Source: Octopus vulgaris
Lineage: Eukaryota
Assembly (NCBI GenBank): GCA_951406725.2
Contig: OX597828.1
Coordinates: 24,800,001-24,864,000, forward strand
Direction of reading: 5' to 3'
DNA: 64,000 bases
This document shows, one piece after another, positions 1 through 16,062 of this stretch. Under the pieces are notes generated by a model. It had not been told where the DNA came from. It did no database searches and saw nothing but the letters and a program-made list of their open reading frames with translations. A program made the position numbers and the translations under genes. Positions within the stretch are counted from its first letter, which is position 1. Each line of letters opens with the position of its first letter.

Positions 1-71
<71 letters not shown>
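1..71. repeat. (TTA)n microsatellite abutting the 3' end of an R4/Dong-like element
   Basis: Pure TTA repeat. Confidence 0.98.
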
Positions 72-74
<3 letters not shown>

Positions 75-920
75 TAGTTTTATTTTTATAGCGTGCTTTC
101 ACTTCACTACCGAGCGCAGCTCTGTGTGCCTTAGGTATGTGCTGTGATTTGTTGTGATGCTCTGATGGTTATTGTATGGAAAGTGTTCTGCGTAGGATGT
201 GTGCAGTGCCTAGTAGTGCAATTTTCTGTATGTTATATGTGTTTGTAAGTCCTGGTGTTTTTGTTATGTATTTGTCTGAATATTTTTTTTATCATGCCTA
301 ATGCACCTACTATGATAGGAATTGTTTCTGTTTTTAGATTCCACATTCTGGTTACCTCTATTTCCAGGTCTTAGTATTTTGAAAGTTTCTCCATTTCTTT
401 TAGAGACACGTTGTCATCTGCCGGTATTGATACATCAATTAGAAAGCATATTTTTGTCTTCATGATCTCTGACAACTATATCTGGTCTGTTGGCCTTAAT
501 TTCTCTATCTGTGTGTATCGGCATATCCCAGAGTATGGTTGCTTTCTCATTTTCTGTGACCTTTTCTGGTGTGTGCCTATACCATCTTTTTTCTGTTGTT
601 ATTCCATAATGTTGGCATAGCTTCCAGTGTATGTAGGTTCCAACTCTGTCATGTCTGTGAATATATTCCTTCTTAGCCAGGACTGGGCAGCCAGAGATAA
701 TATGATTTATTGTTTCTTGTCCATCTCTACATATTCTGCAGTTACTTGTTATATTTCTTTTCATTACATGTTTTTGGTAATTTCTGGTGGGGAGGCTTTG
801 GTCTTGTGCTGCAATTAAAAATCCCTCTGTCTCTGCTTTGAGTCCTGAGCTTCTCAACCATTGCTGGGATTTTTATTTGTCTATTTCTTTTGCGTTTAGT
901 TTAGTCCAGTATTTAACATG
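72..920 (-). mobile_element. 5'-truncated RLE-type non-LTR retrotransposon (R4/Dong-like), 3' end
   Basis: CCHC knuckle CRICRDGQETINHIISGC, RHD motif, RPD..D restriction-like endonuclease, C-terminus NIQKIALLGTAHILRRTLSIQ* (stop 169-171); frameshift near 440; ~100 bp 3' UTR then (TAA)n; TAA repeats on both sides. Confidence 0.88.
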
Positions 921-927
921 AAGGTAA

Positions 928-1088
<161 letters not shown>

Positions 1089-1970
1089 ATGTTTGGTTTT
1101 TGCTTTGTATTTGTAGAAGTTGACTCCAAGTTTCACCCAGAGATCTCAAGAGACAACAAGCTAGAAGTTCAAGTTGGTGTTATGCCTAGGGTGTCATATA
1201 TTTAATTTTGCACAGAGTATTGTTCTAGGGAATGTCTAACAAAATTAGAAGTTTGCTTTGAAAGTAATTTGATTATAAGATGATAGTAAAAGGTGTTTGC
1301 TATAATGTATATTTCAAAATAGTTTTGACAATATTTACAGATTAAAATGTTTTATAGACTACATAGATCTTTCATAGGATATGAGCAGTTTCCATGAGCG
1401 CTATTTCTTGAATTTTTCTATCGTGGAATATCCTGTTATCTGAGATAGGTAACCACCAGCCCCTTTTGATATCATTCCCATGGAACCTATAGCATTGTTT
1501 CTATTTCTATTTCAAGCTCTTTATATTTGCTGTTCGTTGCAAGCTTCATTTCTTTGGAACTTTACTTTTCAAACTGACAAACAGATAGTTGCAAGAAGAC
1601 CGGACATCATATTGAAGCGTTTCCGACAAACATCATGCCTCTTCATCGATACGAATTTCTCATCATCATCGTCGTCGTCGTCGTCGTTTAAAGCGGACGT
1701 TAAACGAGGACAACCATGTCAACGATGACGATGACGACGACGACGACGACGACGACGACGATGATGATGATGATGATGATGAGAGAGTCATATCGATGAA
1801 GAGGCATGATTTATGTCTGAAATGCTTCAATATAATGTCCGGTCTATTTGCAACTATCTTTCTGTCAGCTTGAACAGTAAAGTTCCAAAGGAGTGAGATG
1901 TGATCATTTTCAAGCACTGCAGGTGGTTTGTATTCCCACCAGTTTTTAGCATGGGACAGCTTTTATCATC
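1089..1970 (-). mobile_element. Second, diverged R4/Dong-like 3' end, interrupted by an inverted copy of its own RLE segment
   Basis: Minus strand IQEIALMETAHIL near 1378-1413 and LLWNFTVQADRKIVANRPDIILKHF at 1785-1917; different 3' UTR ending in the TAA/TAG array. Confidence 0.75.
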
Positions 1971-1980
1971 ACACGCGCGT

Positions 1981-2015
<35 letters not shown>

Positions 2016-2057
2016 TACACATACATATATGATTGACAGGTAAATCCACAAGTGATT

Positions 2058-2220
2058 TCCTTTATTCTCTTTCTGATTATTTCCTCGTGCTCCTATCTGT
2101 TGAAGAGCGTAGGCTCGAAACGTTAAAGATTTTTTTCACTTCCCGAGCGTCAAACTAATACACCAGCTTGTTGTTTATACACTTGGCATTGTCTTTTATT
2201 TTTCTGTAAATTTCAACTAT

Positions 2221-2259
<39 letters not shown>

Positions 2260-2430
2260 GGGGTGGGGGAGAATTGACAAAAGTACAAAAGATGAAGACA
2301 GGTGGTGTAGTCAACAAACAGATGTATTAGTGTAATCCTGGGGAAGTGAAAAATCTTTAGCACTTCGAGCCTACGCTCTTCCACAGAAAGGAACACAAAA
2401 AGAAACAAGGAGAGAAAATAAAGAATATGT
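2058..2430. mobile_element. Inverted pair of Penelope pLTR-like repeats carrying a variant hammerhead
   Basis: 2058-2219 and 2268-2426 are diverged reverse complements around (CA)n(TA)n; motif CTGTTGA-A-GAGC-GTAG-GCTC-GAAACGTT at 2097-2124. Confidence 0.65.
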
Positions 2431-2836
2431 AGTGGCTAGCTATCTATCATGGCGAATGCCGGACAGAAGGATGACACAGGAAAGCTAGGGAGAAGGGGAG
2501 ATAATAATGTAATGGTGATTTCAAAACGAAGGTGCGCATGCGTATTCACAATATAGTATGTATGTGCGTGCGGAAGAGGGCTGGTGATCTTGACGTCTGC
2601 GTGTAAGTATGTGTAGGCGTGAAAATGTGGGTCTGGAAATTGGTCAGTGCTGGTGTGTGTGCGTAATGGTGTGTTGTGATGTGATGTTTTGTGTAGTATA
2701 GTGGTGTATCGTGTAGTGGTGTGTGGTGTGATGTGATGGTGTTTGGAGGTGGGGAGGTGAGAGCGTGGAAAGCAAGTCTGGGGTGTAGTTTAGGCTGAGA
2801 GTGTGGGTAGAGGTGTGATATGTGGGTAGGCTGAGG

Positions 2837-2887
<51 letters not shown>

Positions 2888-2902
2888 AAGTATACATATA
2901 TA

Positions 2903-3095
<193 letters not shown>

Positions 3096-4134
3096 GCATA
3101 TGTATGTATGATATAAATGTCAGGTGTTAACGATATAGTTCAGTGATATATAAATTTAGATTTCTTACGGTACTCACCGGTAAAGTTCGGTTTATGGTAG
3201 TACCCACTATTTCTGAATATAAAAATTGTAATCACGATGTATAATCACTAACGAACTATATCATTAAATATTTCACACAATAATATATGCTTTACTCTCT
3301 GATTATGCTCGTGAACGAAACTTTAGCTTAATATATGCTTATATTATATATACATACAATATACATACATACATGTGTGTGTGTGCGTGTGTGTTTCTTC
3401 GTGTACCTCTGTGTGTGTTGTGTTTCTGTGTTTCTCTGTGTGTGTTTTTGCGTGTCTGTGTTTCCCTGTGTGTGTTTCTCTGCGCGTGTGCATGTGTGTG
3501 AGTGTGTGTATGTTTGTAATTGTGAAGTGTTAAAAAGTTTAGGGGGCGTCATCACAATTATTGCTTACAAACTCAATTACGATTACGAAAGTAAATGTCA
3601 AAATATATATTTGAGAGTTGACGAAACTTCCAACTAGAATCGGGAACTTTTCCTTTTAATTTTCCTTCTATGTTTTCTGCATCACGATCTGTAACTGCTG
3701 ACATATTACCTTTTACATAATACTAACGAGTAGGTGTTTACACAACAAAGAGAATAAGCTTATATTTTATTGCAACAAAGTGCTTGGTCTTAATATTATT
3801 ATTATTGTTTGTCGTTGTTACGTTCAGCAGAATCATCATCATCATCGTCATCCTCACCATTATCAGCATCGTCATCGTCGTTATCATCATCATCATCATC
3901 GTCATCATCATCGTCGTCATCGTCATCGTCGTCGTTATCGTCATCATTATTCATATGAATAAAATTTTTTTCATATTTTTCAGGTCGCCGAGTTGAAGCA
4001 AAACCAAGAATATGTATGTATGTATGTGTGTATGTATGTATGTATGTATGTATGTATGTATGTATGTATGTATGTATGTATGTATGCATGCATGTATGCA
4101 TGTATGTATGTATGTATGTATGTATGTATGTATG

Positions 4135-4165
<31 letters not shown>

Positions 4166-4506
4166 GCATGTATGTATATATGTATGTATGTAGATATATA
4201 TGTGAGCATGAGTGCGTACATTAATATTTATATATAAATGTGTATGTATATATATATGTATATATATACATGTATGTATGTGTATATATACATACATACA
4301 TATAGATATGTGCGTAAATATTAATCATAAAATTTGTGTGCACACAAACTCACACATGCACACGCACAGACACACACAAACATACATATGTATGTATGTA
4401 TATATGTATGTATATGTATGTGTGTATGTATACATTATATATATACATCCATTCATACATACATACATATATAAATATATATATATATTATATATATATA
4501 TATATA

Positions 4507-4579
<73 letters not shown>

Positions 4580-5157
4580 GACGTTGCTTTATGTCAAGCA
4601 CACACGCATATGAGCAGAAAGAGAAATGATTTCCTATCGAACATGAATTTAAATCACGACTGTGTTCTTGTTTATGCCTTCTATTCATTCTTTTTCATTA
4701 TTGAGTCACAGAATTGTATGAATTCCTAACAGAGAAAACATCCCAAACCTCTCAACGACGTTTCTAGAACTTCGTAGTCTTATACTCTGAGTGATGTGGT
4801 TGGTGTTAGTAGATGACGAGGTCGCTTCATAATAGACAGAATCAATGGAAAACAGTGACATTTAATGTAACCTCTCTACGTGGTAAGCCGCACCCCTATA
4901 TTGATGTATATATATACCTATATTTATTCAAATGCAAATGTTTATAGATATATATATATATATGTACATACATGCGTACGTACATACATACATACATGCA
5001 AAAATAGGCAGGTAGATAGATATTAACAAATTGTATCCTTTATATCAATATTTTTGTGTCTATATTTATTATATATTTACATATACAGGTATATACAGAC
5101 ATAGTATATGCATGTATTCACGTATATCATATATGCACACATATATACCATGTCTGC

Positions 5158-5204
<47 letters not shown>

Positions 5205-5252
5205 TTTTTATGTAAATATTTCTATATGTATATCTCTATGTTTTTCTAGACA

Positions 5253-5584
<332 letters not shown>

Positions 5585-6078
5585 TGGATGTAGGTATAAA
5601 CGAGCATTAATTTTTATAAACATATTTGTATACATATATACACATATATATATATATAGGCACACAGACGTATACATAGTCGTGTGTGTTATGAGTTTGC
5701 ATGAAAAGACTCAACTGATAATACATTCATATTCTTTAACCTCGTACACACACACACACAAACATACACACACAAACACACACACACACACACCATAACA
5801 CCCCTGCAACGTATCTGTACAACAGCGATCCAAACTCAGAATTATGTAACTTATACATAAGAAGTGAATTATGTTGCGTACACATTGAGCAGTGAACAGA
5901 GGCAGTAATACTGAGAGTAATAAACATACACACGTAATCTCACATTAAAGACACATATTTATGCCCAGGCATACATCATTACACAACCATAATACCTTCA
6001 GATCGTACCAATACAAAGACACCAAATACATACGCTTAAATTCAGAATCTTATCCACTGACTCACATTAATATATATG

Positions 6079-6308
6079 TTTCTTTACTACCCACAAGGGG
6101 CTAAACATAGAGGGGACAAACAAGAACAGACAAACGAATTTAAGTCGATTATATCGATCCCAGTGCATAACTGGTACTTAATTTATCGACCTCGAAAGGA
6201 TGAAAGGTAAAGTCGACCTCGGCGGAATTTGAACTCGGAACGTAACGGTAGACGAAATACGGCTACGCATTTCGCCCGGCGTGCTAACGGTTCTGCCAGC
6301 TCGCCGCC
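6079..6308 (-). mobile_element. tRNA-derived SINE family A, tail type 1
   Basis: Head GGCGGCGAGCTGGCAGAA with B box GAGTTCAAATTCC; central CCTTTCATCCTTTCGAGGTCGATAAATTAAGTACCAG; about 9 copies in the window. Confidence 0.9.
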
Positions 6309-6365
6309 ATACATTAATATATATGCGTGTATGTAGACATATTTGTGGATACTTATATATAGGTC

Positions 6366-6577
6366 TACGAAAGGGTGCTGAAAAACTCCTGGTTTTGTGC
6401 TTCAAAAGAAAATACAGGAGGATCAGTTATGATTTTGTCCAACATATTCCCTTCTCAGAGTCAAACACTTATTGCTGCGGTCTCTCAGCTTTTCTAAGCC
6501 ATGCAAAAAAAACTCGGAATGTGGGGACCTCCATCGAGGCCTTTCGTGATAACCTTAAGGCCAGGAACTTCGTCGTA
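6366..6577. mobile_element. Degenerate mariner-derived MITE
   Basis: Left TA-CGAAAGGGTGCTGAAAAACTCCTGG; right CCAGGAACTT..TCG-TA partly deleted. Confidence 0.55.
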
Positions 6578-6835
6578 TGCGCATGTGTGTACTTAGATAG
6601 CTAGCTAGCTAGCAAACAAGATTTCATATATATATTTATATATATATATACATGCATACATACATACATACATACATACATACATACATACATACATACA
6701 TACATACATACATACATACATACACACACATATATATACACAGAGACAGAGAGAAAGAAAGAGAGAGAAGGGGTCGGGGCAGGAGGGAGATAGACAAAAA
6801 CAGAGACAGAAAGACAGACGGAAGGGAATATGGAT

Positions 6836-6882
<47 letters not shown>

Positions 6883-7300
6883 TACACACACATATACTTA
6901 CAAACATAGACATACATAAACAGACAAACAGACAGACAGACAAGCAGGCAGGCAGGCGTTAGTCTGACAGGCAGATATGCAGGCAGAAAGACAGACAGAG
7001 AGACGCATTATAGGACAGGCTTAGATTATATATGTATGTGTTTATACACACACATATATACATATATATGCACAGTGTGGGGTGAGGTTAGGTCACAGGT
7101 GATCTAAACGATTAGGTACGCTAGGTAAGTGATGTAACGGATTACTAGGGCTTCCAAGGTTATAGCTGAGACGGTAGTTATTGAGCCATTTCAGGTTTCC
7201 GATGCAGTGGATATATAATTGTTAAACAGGACATCAAACACTAAGGCAAAGCAAACATCTCAAGTCATAAAACAATCTTATTAGAGGAAGAAATTGAAAA

Positions 7301-7354
7301 TCTTACAGCTGTTTCTGGGATATCCTTGAGTATGGGATGATCCGTCTTCAGAGA
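7301..7354 (-). ncRNA. Type I hammerhead ribozyme motif (left arm of fold-back)
   Basis: TCT-CTGAAGA-stem II-GAAA-CAGCTG-TA-AGA. Confidence 0.7.
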
Positions 7355-7392
7355 CAGATTGGGGAACCATTCTCACTTTTTTCCCCAATATG

Positions 7393-7446
7393 TCTCTGAT
7401 GACAGATTACCCCATACTCAAGGATATCCCAGAAACAGCTGTAAGA
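7393..7446 (+). ncRNA. Type I hammerhead ribozyme motif (right arm of fold-back)
   Basis: TCT-CTGATGA-(degraded stem II)-GAAA-CAGCTG-TA-AGA. Confidence 0.65.
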
Positions 7447-7540
7447 GTTTGAATTTCTTCCTGTAATAAGATTGTATATGACTTGAGATGTTTGCCTTGC
7501 ATTAGTGTTTGACGTCCTGTTTAACAATTATATATATATA

Positions 7541-7621
<81 letters not shown>

Positions 7622-7842
7622 ATCACACGCCAAGAATATCCAAAAGATCGAAGAAGAACACTCTTAAAAGACCTCCACGACGATGGGTCGAGATGGAAAT
7701 GAATGGCACAATCAAGACAAAATTTGAAGTGAATTGTGACGAGCGTCATATAATACCATGTGGTGTCTGGTGGGTTCTCTGATAGTATGACACACACATA
7801 TATATATACAGATATATGTATACTGTATATACAAATATACAT

Positions 7843-7920
<78 letters not shown>

Positions 7921-8191
7921 CATAGTCGTCACTAAAGTGACGGAGGGTGTTACTCCACACGATCATTGCTAGAAATGAGAGTCAAAACAACACCTAGCCA
8001 CGTCGTGAGACCACTTTTGGCATAAGGTTTGTTTTGACTCTTATTTCTAGCAACGCTAGTGCTGACTAGAACCCTCCATGACGACTATATTTATTGCCTT
8101 TCCGTTCTAAATTGCGAATAGCCACCTTAATCTCTTATTATAATAATTTATAAATCTCACTTCATTTTGCGAATCAATCAATGTTTCGTAA

Positions 8192-8268
<77 letters not shown>

Positions 8269-8286
8269 TCATTTATGTGTGTGTAT

Positions 8287-8360
<74 letters not shown>

Positions 8361-9041
8361 ATTTATGTACATATATTTAAAAAAAAAAAAAAGGCAATTT
8401 ATTTTTAAACAAAATTATAACCCGAAATAGGGCGTTTGAATATTTCACCAAATGCAGTTTGTCAAATTCCTCGCAACTAAAATTAAAAAGAGCGATGGAA
8501 CTCGAATAAGTGCTTCATACACCGTTTTCTTCTATTATTATTTTTTTTTGTCTTTTGTTGCTTCTTGTTATTTGTTTGTTCGTTTGTTTGTGTTTGTTTG
8601 TTTTTTACATGCGATAACCTCGCTGTATACTTAACATTCATCTTTCAAATATTTACATTACATACAATCATAATCACAGGTTTCCGATCCTGCAGAAATG
8701 AATACATCACAGAATATGCTAAATCATATTTCACGATCCTAAAATTCCCCCCGCCAGCAACCTACGTTCCTCTCAACACGCATTTAACCATGCACATATC
8801 TAGATGTAAATTGACAACACTTTATCACAGATGAAGAAAAAAAGACTGAAATAAATCTGCCATTCGATAGGATATCTTCATTCAAATCACATCCATCTGA
8901 AGAATGCTCTATTTAGCATGAAATTTAAAGTTATATAAAAGTGATAATATTTATCTGCTATATTATAATAAATATAATAAATACATTTACGCTACACGAT
9001 ATTTTATGTACTCTTATTTTCACTTGCAAAATCACTTACAA

Positions 9042-9104
<63 letters not shown>

Positions 9105-9232
9105 TTATATGTTGTACGTTTCTTTCCCCGTGTTGTAAATTCTAACGCTTCCTATCTACCTGCATATACATACACACATTCATCCGTACATGTGAAGATG
9201 CGTGTGAGCAGACAAACACACACACACACATG

Positions 9233-9272
<40 letters not shown>

Positions 9273-9284
9273 CACACACACACA

Positions 9285-9401
9285 AATGCACGTACTCACA
9301 TCTACACAAATACAAGCACGTTAAAGATCCTGATATGTGTGTTTGCATGTGTAACATGTGGACGAATTTCCCACCATTTTCTTCGCTCTTCTACCATGTA
9401 C

Positions 9402-9476
<75 letters not shown>

Positions 9477-9491
9477 TATATACACACACAG

Positions 9492-9555
<64 letters not shown>

Positions 9556-9794
9556 ACATAGGTATATATATACACACACATGCACACACACATACACACA
9601 CACAGAGGCATATCTTATACATAGTCGACAACAAAATCAATCACTGAAATATCGAAGCAATAACATACAAATAATAAAATTATAAAACTTTATTCCAATA
9701 CATGATCCGTACGTATCTTCTCTATACACACGTTAATAACGACTCGATGATACCCTTTATGTTAACAGTTTTATCATGAATGATGATGATGATG

Positions 9795-9878
<84 letters not shown>
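9285..9878. repeat. Left arm of a ~0.5-0.6 kb inverted duplication (partner 13357-13865)
   Basis: 9601-9776 is the reverse complement of 13510-13685; 9285-9400 of 13740-13860. Confidence 0.9.
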
Positions 9879-10559
9879 TCATTAATAATAATGTTTGTAC
9901 AAACATAAAGTTGTTTTCCAAAGGTTTGCCGATAATGTATTCAACATGTATCTTTACGATGTTTCCTATGTTCGGCAGGGAGTGCTTATCTATCGGCTGC
10001 TTGCTAGTTTGTACCTTCGTTGTTCGGCGCCATTTTAAAAGTCATCAAATCGTACGTCACGTATCAATGGTGTCTTTGTTGTACAGTCAGCGTTAAATAT
10101 TGATTTCTTAGATTAAGCAGAAGGTTACATAGATATCACTGTTGTTGTTTTTGTTGTTGTTTTGTTGTTTTTGTTGTTTGTGGTTGTCATCGTCGTCGTC
10201 GTGGCGATGTTGGTGAAGGCATAGTTTTCAGTGAAATTGTTGCTTCAGTGTCTCATTTTTATGTTGTTGTTTATTAATTTTAGGTGCCACCTGTGCCAGA
10301 ACAAACGAGGATTCAACATATCTGTAATCAGAGACGTTCTAGCCATGACCATATTGACTTTATTCATAAAGGTAAAGTATCTACCGCGATATTCTTTTTC
10401 TTCAAGCACAGAAAGAATTGCTTTGATGAACATTTTGCTGCTATTTCTAGCATCTCGTACGGCCATCTCGGGAATCAAACATGCTTGTTGGCAACTTACT
10501 GCTTAGCGCGCGCGCGAGTGCGCGACCGCTATGTCTACAAATTAATTTTTATTCTCTCT

Positions 10560-11245
<686 letters not shown>

Positions 11246-11261
11246 TTTATTTCCTCGTCTC

Positions 11262-11370
11262 CTTTCAGTTGAAGAGTCTAGGCTCGAAACATAAGAGACT
11301 TTCTCACCTTCCCTGCTTGTTGTGTATACACCTGTCTTCGTCTTTTGTTTTTCTGTAAATTTCAACCATA
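11262..11370 (+). mobile_element. Degenerate copy of the variant-hammerhead pLTR-like repeat
   Basis: CAGTTGAAGAGTCTAGGCTCGAAAC plus the shared tail ACACCTGTCTTCGTCTTTTG. Confidence 0.6.
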
Positions 11371-11587
11371 AATATATACACGTGTGTGTGTATGTGTGTG
11401 TGTGTGTGTGTGTGTGTATTTTGATATTTAGCAGAAGTAACAGTGACTCAAGGTCCGAGAGTTTCTTGTGTAGGTGCCAATACACGAGACTCTCGGATCT
11501 TCAGTCACTCTGTTACTTCTAAATATTACTAATGATATACATGTACTCATGCTTTGAGTTCTATTTTTCCTGTTTGCACCAACAGAC

Positions 11588-11650
<63 letters not shown>

Positions 11651-11884
11651 CGTGTGTGTGTTTGTGTGTGTGCATGTGTGTGTGTGTATGTGTGTATATT
11701 TATGACGGTCTTCTTTCAGCTTCTATCAGCCAACTCTGCTTACAAGGGTTTAGTCCGCTCTGCGCTATGTCTATCAGTAATGTGCCCATAATTGCTAGTG
11801 GAAACAGATGTAAGCCAAATTTGCTCCAATAGACGAGTAATATCTAATGACCGTTATTTTAACCTGGTTTCTTATTTATATGTG

Positions 11885-11926
<42 letters not shown>

Positions 11927-12011
11927 CATATGAGAGGGATGACCACTATGTGGACAACCCTTAAGTAGATCCGCTATGGTCTTTAATTTTAATTTAAATC
12001 TATATATATGT

Positions 12012-12041
<30 letters not shown>

Positions 12042-12044
<3 letters not shown>

Positions 12045-12270
12045 CTTTACTACCCACAAGAGGCTAAACACAGAAGGGACAAACAAGGACAGACAAACGG
12101 ATTAAGTCGATTATATCGACCCCAATGCGTAACTGGTACTTATTTAATCGACCTCGAAAGGATGAAAGGCAAAGTCGACCTCGGCGGAATTTGAACTCAG
12201 AACGTAGCGGCAGACGAAATACGGCTACGCATTTCGCCCGGCGTGCTAACGTTTCTACCAGCTCGCCGCC
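12042..12270 (-). mobile_element. SINE family A, tail type 1
   Basis: Near-identical to 6079-6308. Confidence 0.9.
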
Positions 12271-12386
12271 CTGAATATACTGTATATACATATATACGAC
12301 GGGCCTCTTTCAGTTTCCGTCTACCAAATCCACTCACAAGGATTTGGTCGGCCCGAGGCTATATTAGAAGACACACACACACACAC

Positions 12387-12418
<32 letters not shown>

Positions 12419-13227
12419 TTTACTTGCTTCAGTCATTATATGAATGTATGTTTTCCCATGGTTGCTTTTGTTGCTTTGTCGTCCATTTTCTTTCTCAGTC
12501 TATACTCTATCATTCTGCATCTATTTATGTGCTTGTGTTTCTGTGTATGTGTACATGCGCGTATGTGTATGTGTGTGTTTCTGTGTATGTGTGTGTGTGT
12601 GCAGGTACGTTGCACATGCAATTCAAATGTCTTCCCTTATAACCTCGTGTCGTGGTGATGCTACCAGACAATTGCGTTAGTACTACATGTGTCTCTATAA
12701 TTCCCGACTACTTTGACGTTAATTCCACCTGTAGCAGCAATTTTATTTGGTTCAACAACCTATCGTACATCGCCAAAACTGATTCGGAATCCTCTATTTC
12801 ATGTTAGATCAACCTGTGTTCAGTGATTTCTTATGACACATGATGCAGTCCAGTAAAACGTTTTACACTCATCGGCGAAGAAAACGACAACTGCACCGAG
12901 TTTGAATACAAAAGACCGCAAGATAAAATCTATATGTATCATAAAGACTGACGTACCGGAACCATGTTCAAAGAGTCCCTAAAAAAAATGATGGTGGTGC
13001 AGAAAATCCAAAATGGTTGCTGACGCACTGTATGAGCACTAGAGTATGACACCGCTTAATTTGTATTATCGCATATCTCTTGGAGAATGTTACTGTTGTA
13101 CCAACATATTGAGAAATTATAATCCTAATTCAAAAATTAATGGAAAATAATTTTAATTTAACCAAAGCATGTTACATTAAAAGAAACCCAAACGAGTGTT
13201 TAAATCCATGAAAATGATGACAGGGTT

Positions 13228-14170
<943 letters not shown>

Positions 14171-14472
14171 AACAAAAATAAACAAAATAAATACAACATT
14201 ATCTACAAATCAACACTAATGAATTAGTCATAACTGTTGACCCTCAAACTAATATCTAACTCGAAGGTAACGCATAACCTACAGAACCTGTGAACACAAA
14301 CGATATCACAGATAGCACGCTCCGGCTTGTCTCTGGACTTCTTGGCTTTGATAATGGAAGTCGTGGCTGCCATATTGTACAAGCTGTTCTCAACTTAAAA
14401 TTCGCACGCTTATAGTTGATAGTATATTTTCTAACCGCCACAAAATTATTAGCGACTGGAGAACTATGCATG

Positions 14473-14541
<69 letters not shown>

Positions 14542-14839
14542 AGAGGCTTCAAAATAGGAAAGCGTTGTGCTAGAAAGAGCAGTAGAAATCTCAAGACTAC
14601 AAAAAAGGATAAATTCACGAAAGGAATGAAAATTAAAAACGTTTACCATCTCAACTATTTCCCAGACCGCGGTTTCTAACTATTTCCAGCAAATATTTAC
14701 TGAATGCAAGTTTTCTTCAGTGGGATAGCCTTTAAATTTCAGACATACAGACTGCCAGATTCACATGTAGAACTAACGGTTTGTAAATCCTAACTTTTCA
14801 AACCACTGCACAGACGCAGATTATACCCGGCGACAGAGA

Positions 14840-14886
<47 letters not shown>

Positions 14887-14954
14887 TAAAAAAATTTTTT
14901 CCGTAATGAGATTAAAAACCAAGGCTGTGTAGATATTAGAACATTTATAGATAG

Positions 14955-15006
14955 GTCTTACAGCTGTTTCCAGGATATTAATTTATTATATCCCTTCATC
15001 GGAGAC
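14955..15006 (-). ncRNA. Type I hammerhead motif (U4C core variant)
   Basis: GTCT-CCGATGA-(GGATAT..ATATCC)-GAAA-CAGCTG-TA-AGAC. Confidence 0.7.
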
Positions 15007-15611
15007 GGTGTGAGAGGATAGTTAAGTAATAATTAACTTAGATGGGATGCAAAATAGAGAGTGAGGTGGAAGAAAGGAAATAGATGTGATATATGTAGGG
15101 ATACTGAATTTGTAGATCCATTTTTTAGGCAGAATGGTATATATGTAAGATTCCAATACCTTATGAGAAAAATCCAACAGCATTTAAAATTGTTCATTCC
15201 AAATATAGAGTTTATACACAATACCTTATGAGTAAGATCCATATATATATAAATATAAAGAGCGAGAGAGAGAATGAGCTCTGACTAGGCTATGAGATTC
15301 GTATGGGTACTCACTCAGTGCTTACTGTAAATTCCTTCTAGCTGAAACGCCTGCAAACGAAGAAAGTGGTTACGCAACTCCTGTTCCTGTGGCAGTCATT
15401 AATTGGCACTGCATTTTGCAATCACCTGACTAGATTATTCTAAAGCTCATATATATTGAGTCTGTATATGTATAAATGTGTTTTTACGATGATGTGTATG
15501 TAGATGAATAATTATCCATACATTTGTGTGTGTGCGTGTGTATCTGTTATATACACACACATACACACACATACACACATATATATATCTGATATATGTA
15601 TATCATATATC

Positions 15612-15800
15612 TGATAACCAGTTGATCTAACAAGCGGGGCCTCATTTCGGTAAGTGGGGGCCGGTGCGCAATGATGCCGTCGAGATGTAGACCCCGAAAC
15701 GGCACGAATTCTCTCCTGATGAATCCCATACACTTGCGGTTTTCGGTATGCAGTGCTTTCGACAGGTAGCACTTGCATGTGCAAGTTGTTGTAAAGCGTC
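15612..15800. repeat. Unclassified interspersed repeat (second copy 32550-32735)
   Basis: Shared blocks ACCAGTTGATC, GCCGGTG, TGATGCC, CCCCGAAA.GGCAC, CTGATGA, TAGCACTTGCA. Confidence 0.7.
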
Positions 15801-16062
15801 ATATATGTAGAAGGTAAGCTCCAATGATCGATGTGTAGTAAGTTAGTAAGCTTCGAGCAATCCAGAGAAGGGATAAAATAAAAAAACAACTTTCAAGAAC
15901 AATAGTGTTTTATTGACGTAGCAGGTTGTAAATTTTTTCCCACATTGAAGTTCGATAAACTAAAACTAGTTATTTTATAGCTGACCGTTAGCAACTGGGA
16001 TTGCTGTGTATGCAAACAAAAATCCCAAAATTAGAGACTAGAGTAGATAAAAACCAGACTCT

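Noticed and set aside
3295-3330. Hammerhead-like CTGATTA..GAAAC (also weak motifs at 42267 and 45022)
   Set aside because: Core or stems too degraded to call
3983-4012. Possible micro-exon after a strong pyrimidine tract
   Set aside because: The donor is supplied by the (GTAT)n repeat; no supporting homology
10284-10370. Plus-strand exon-like segment with acceptor and donor
   Set aside because: No recognisable protein; overlaps repeat-like sequence
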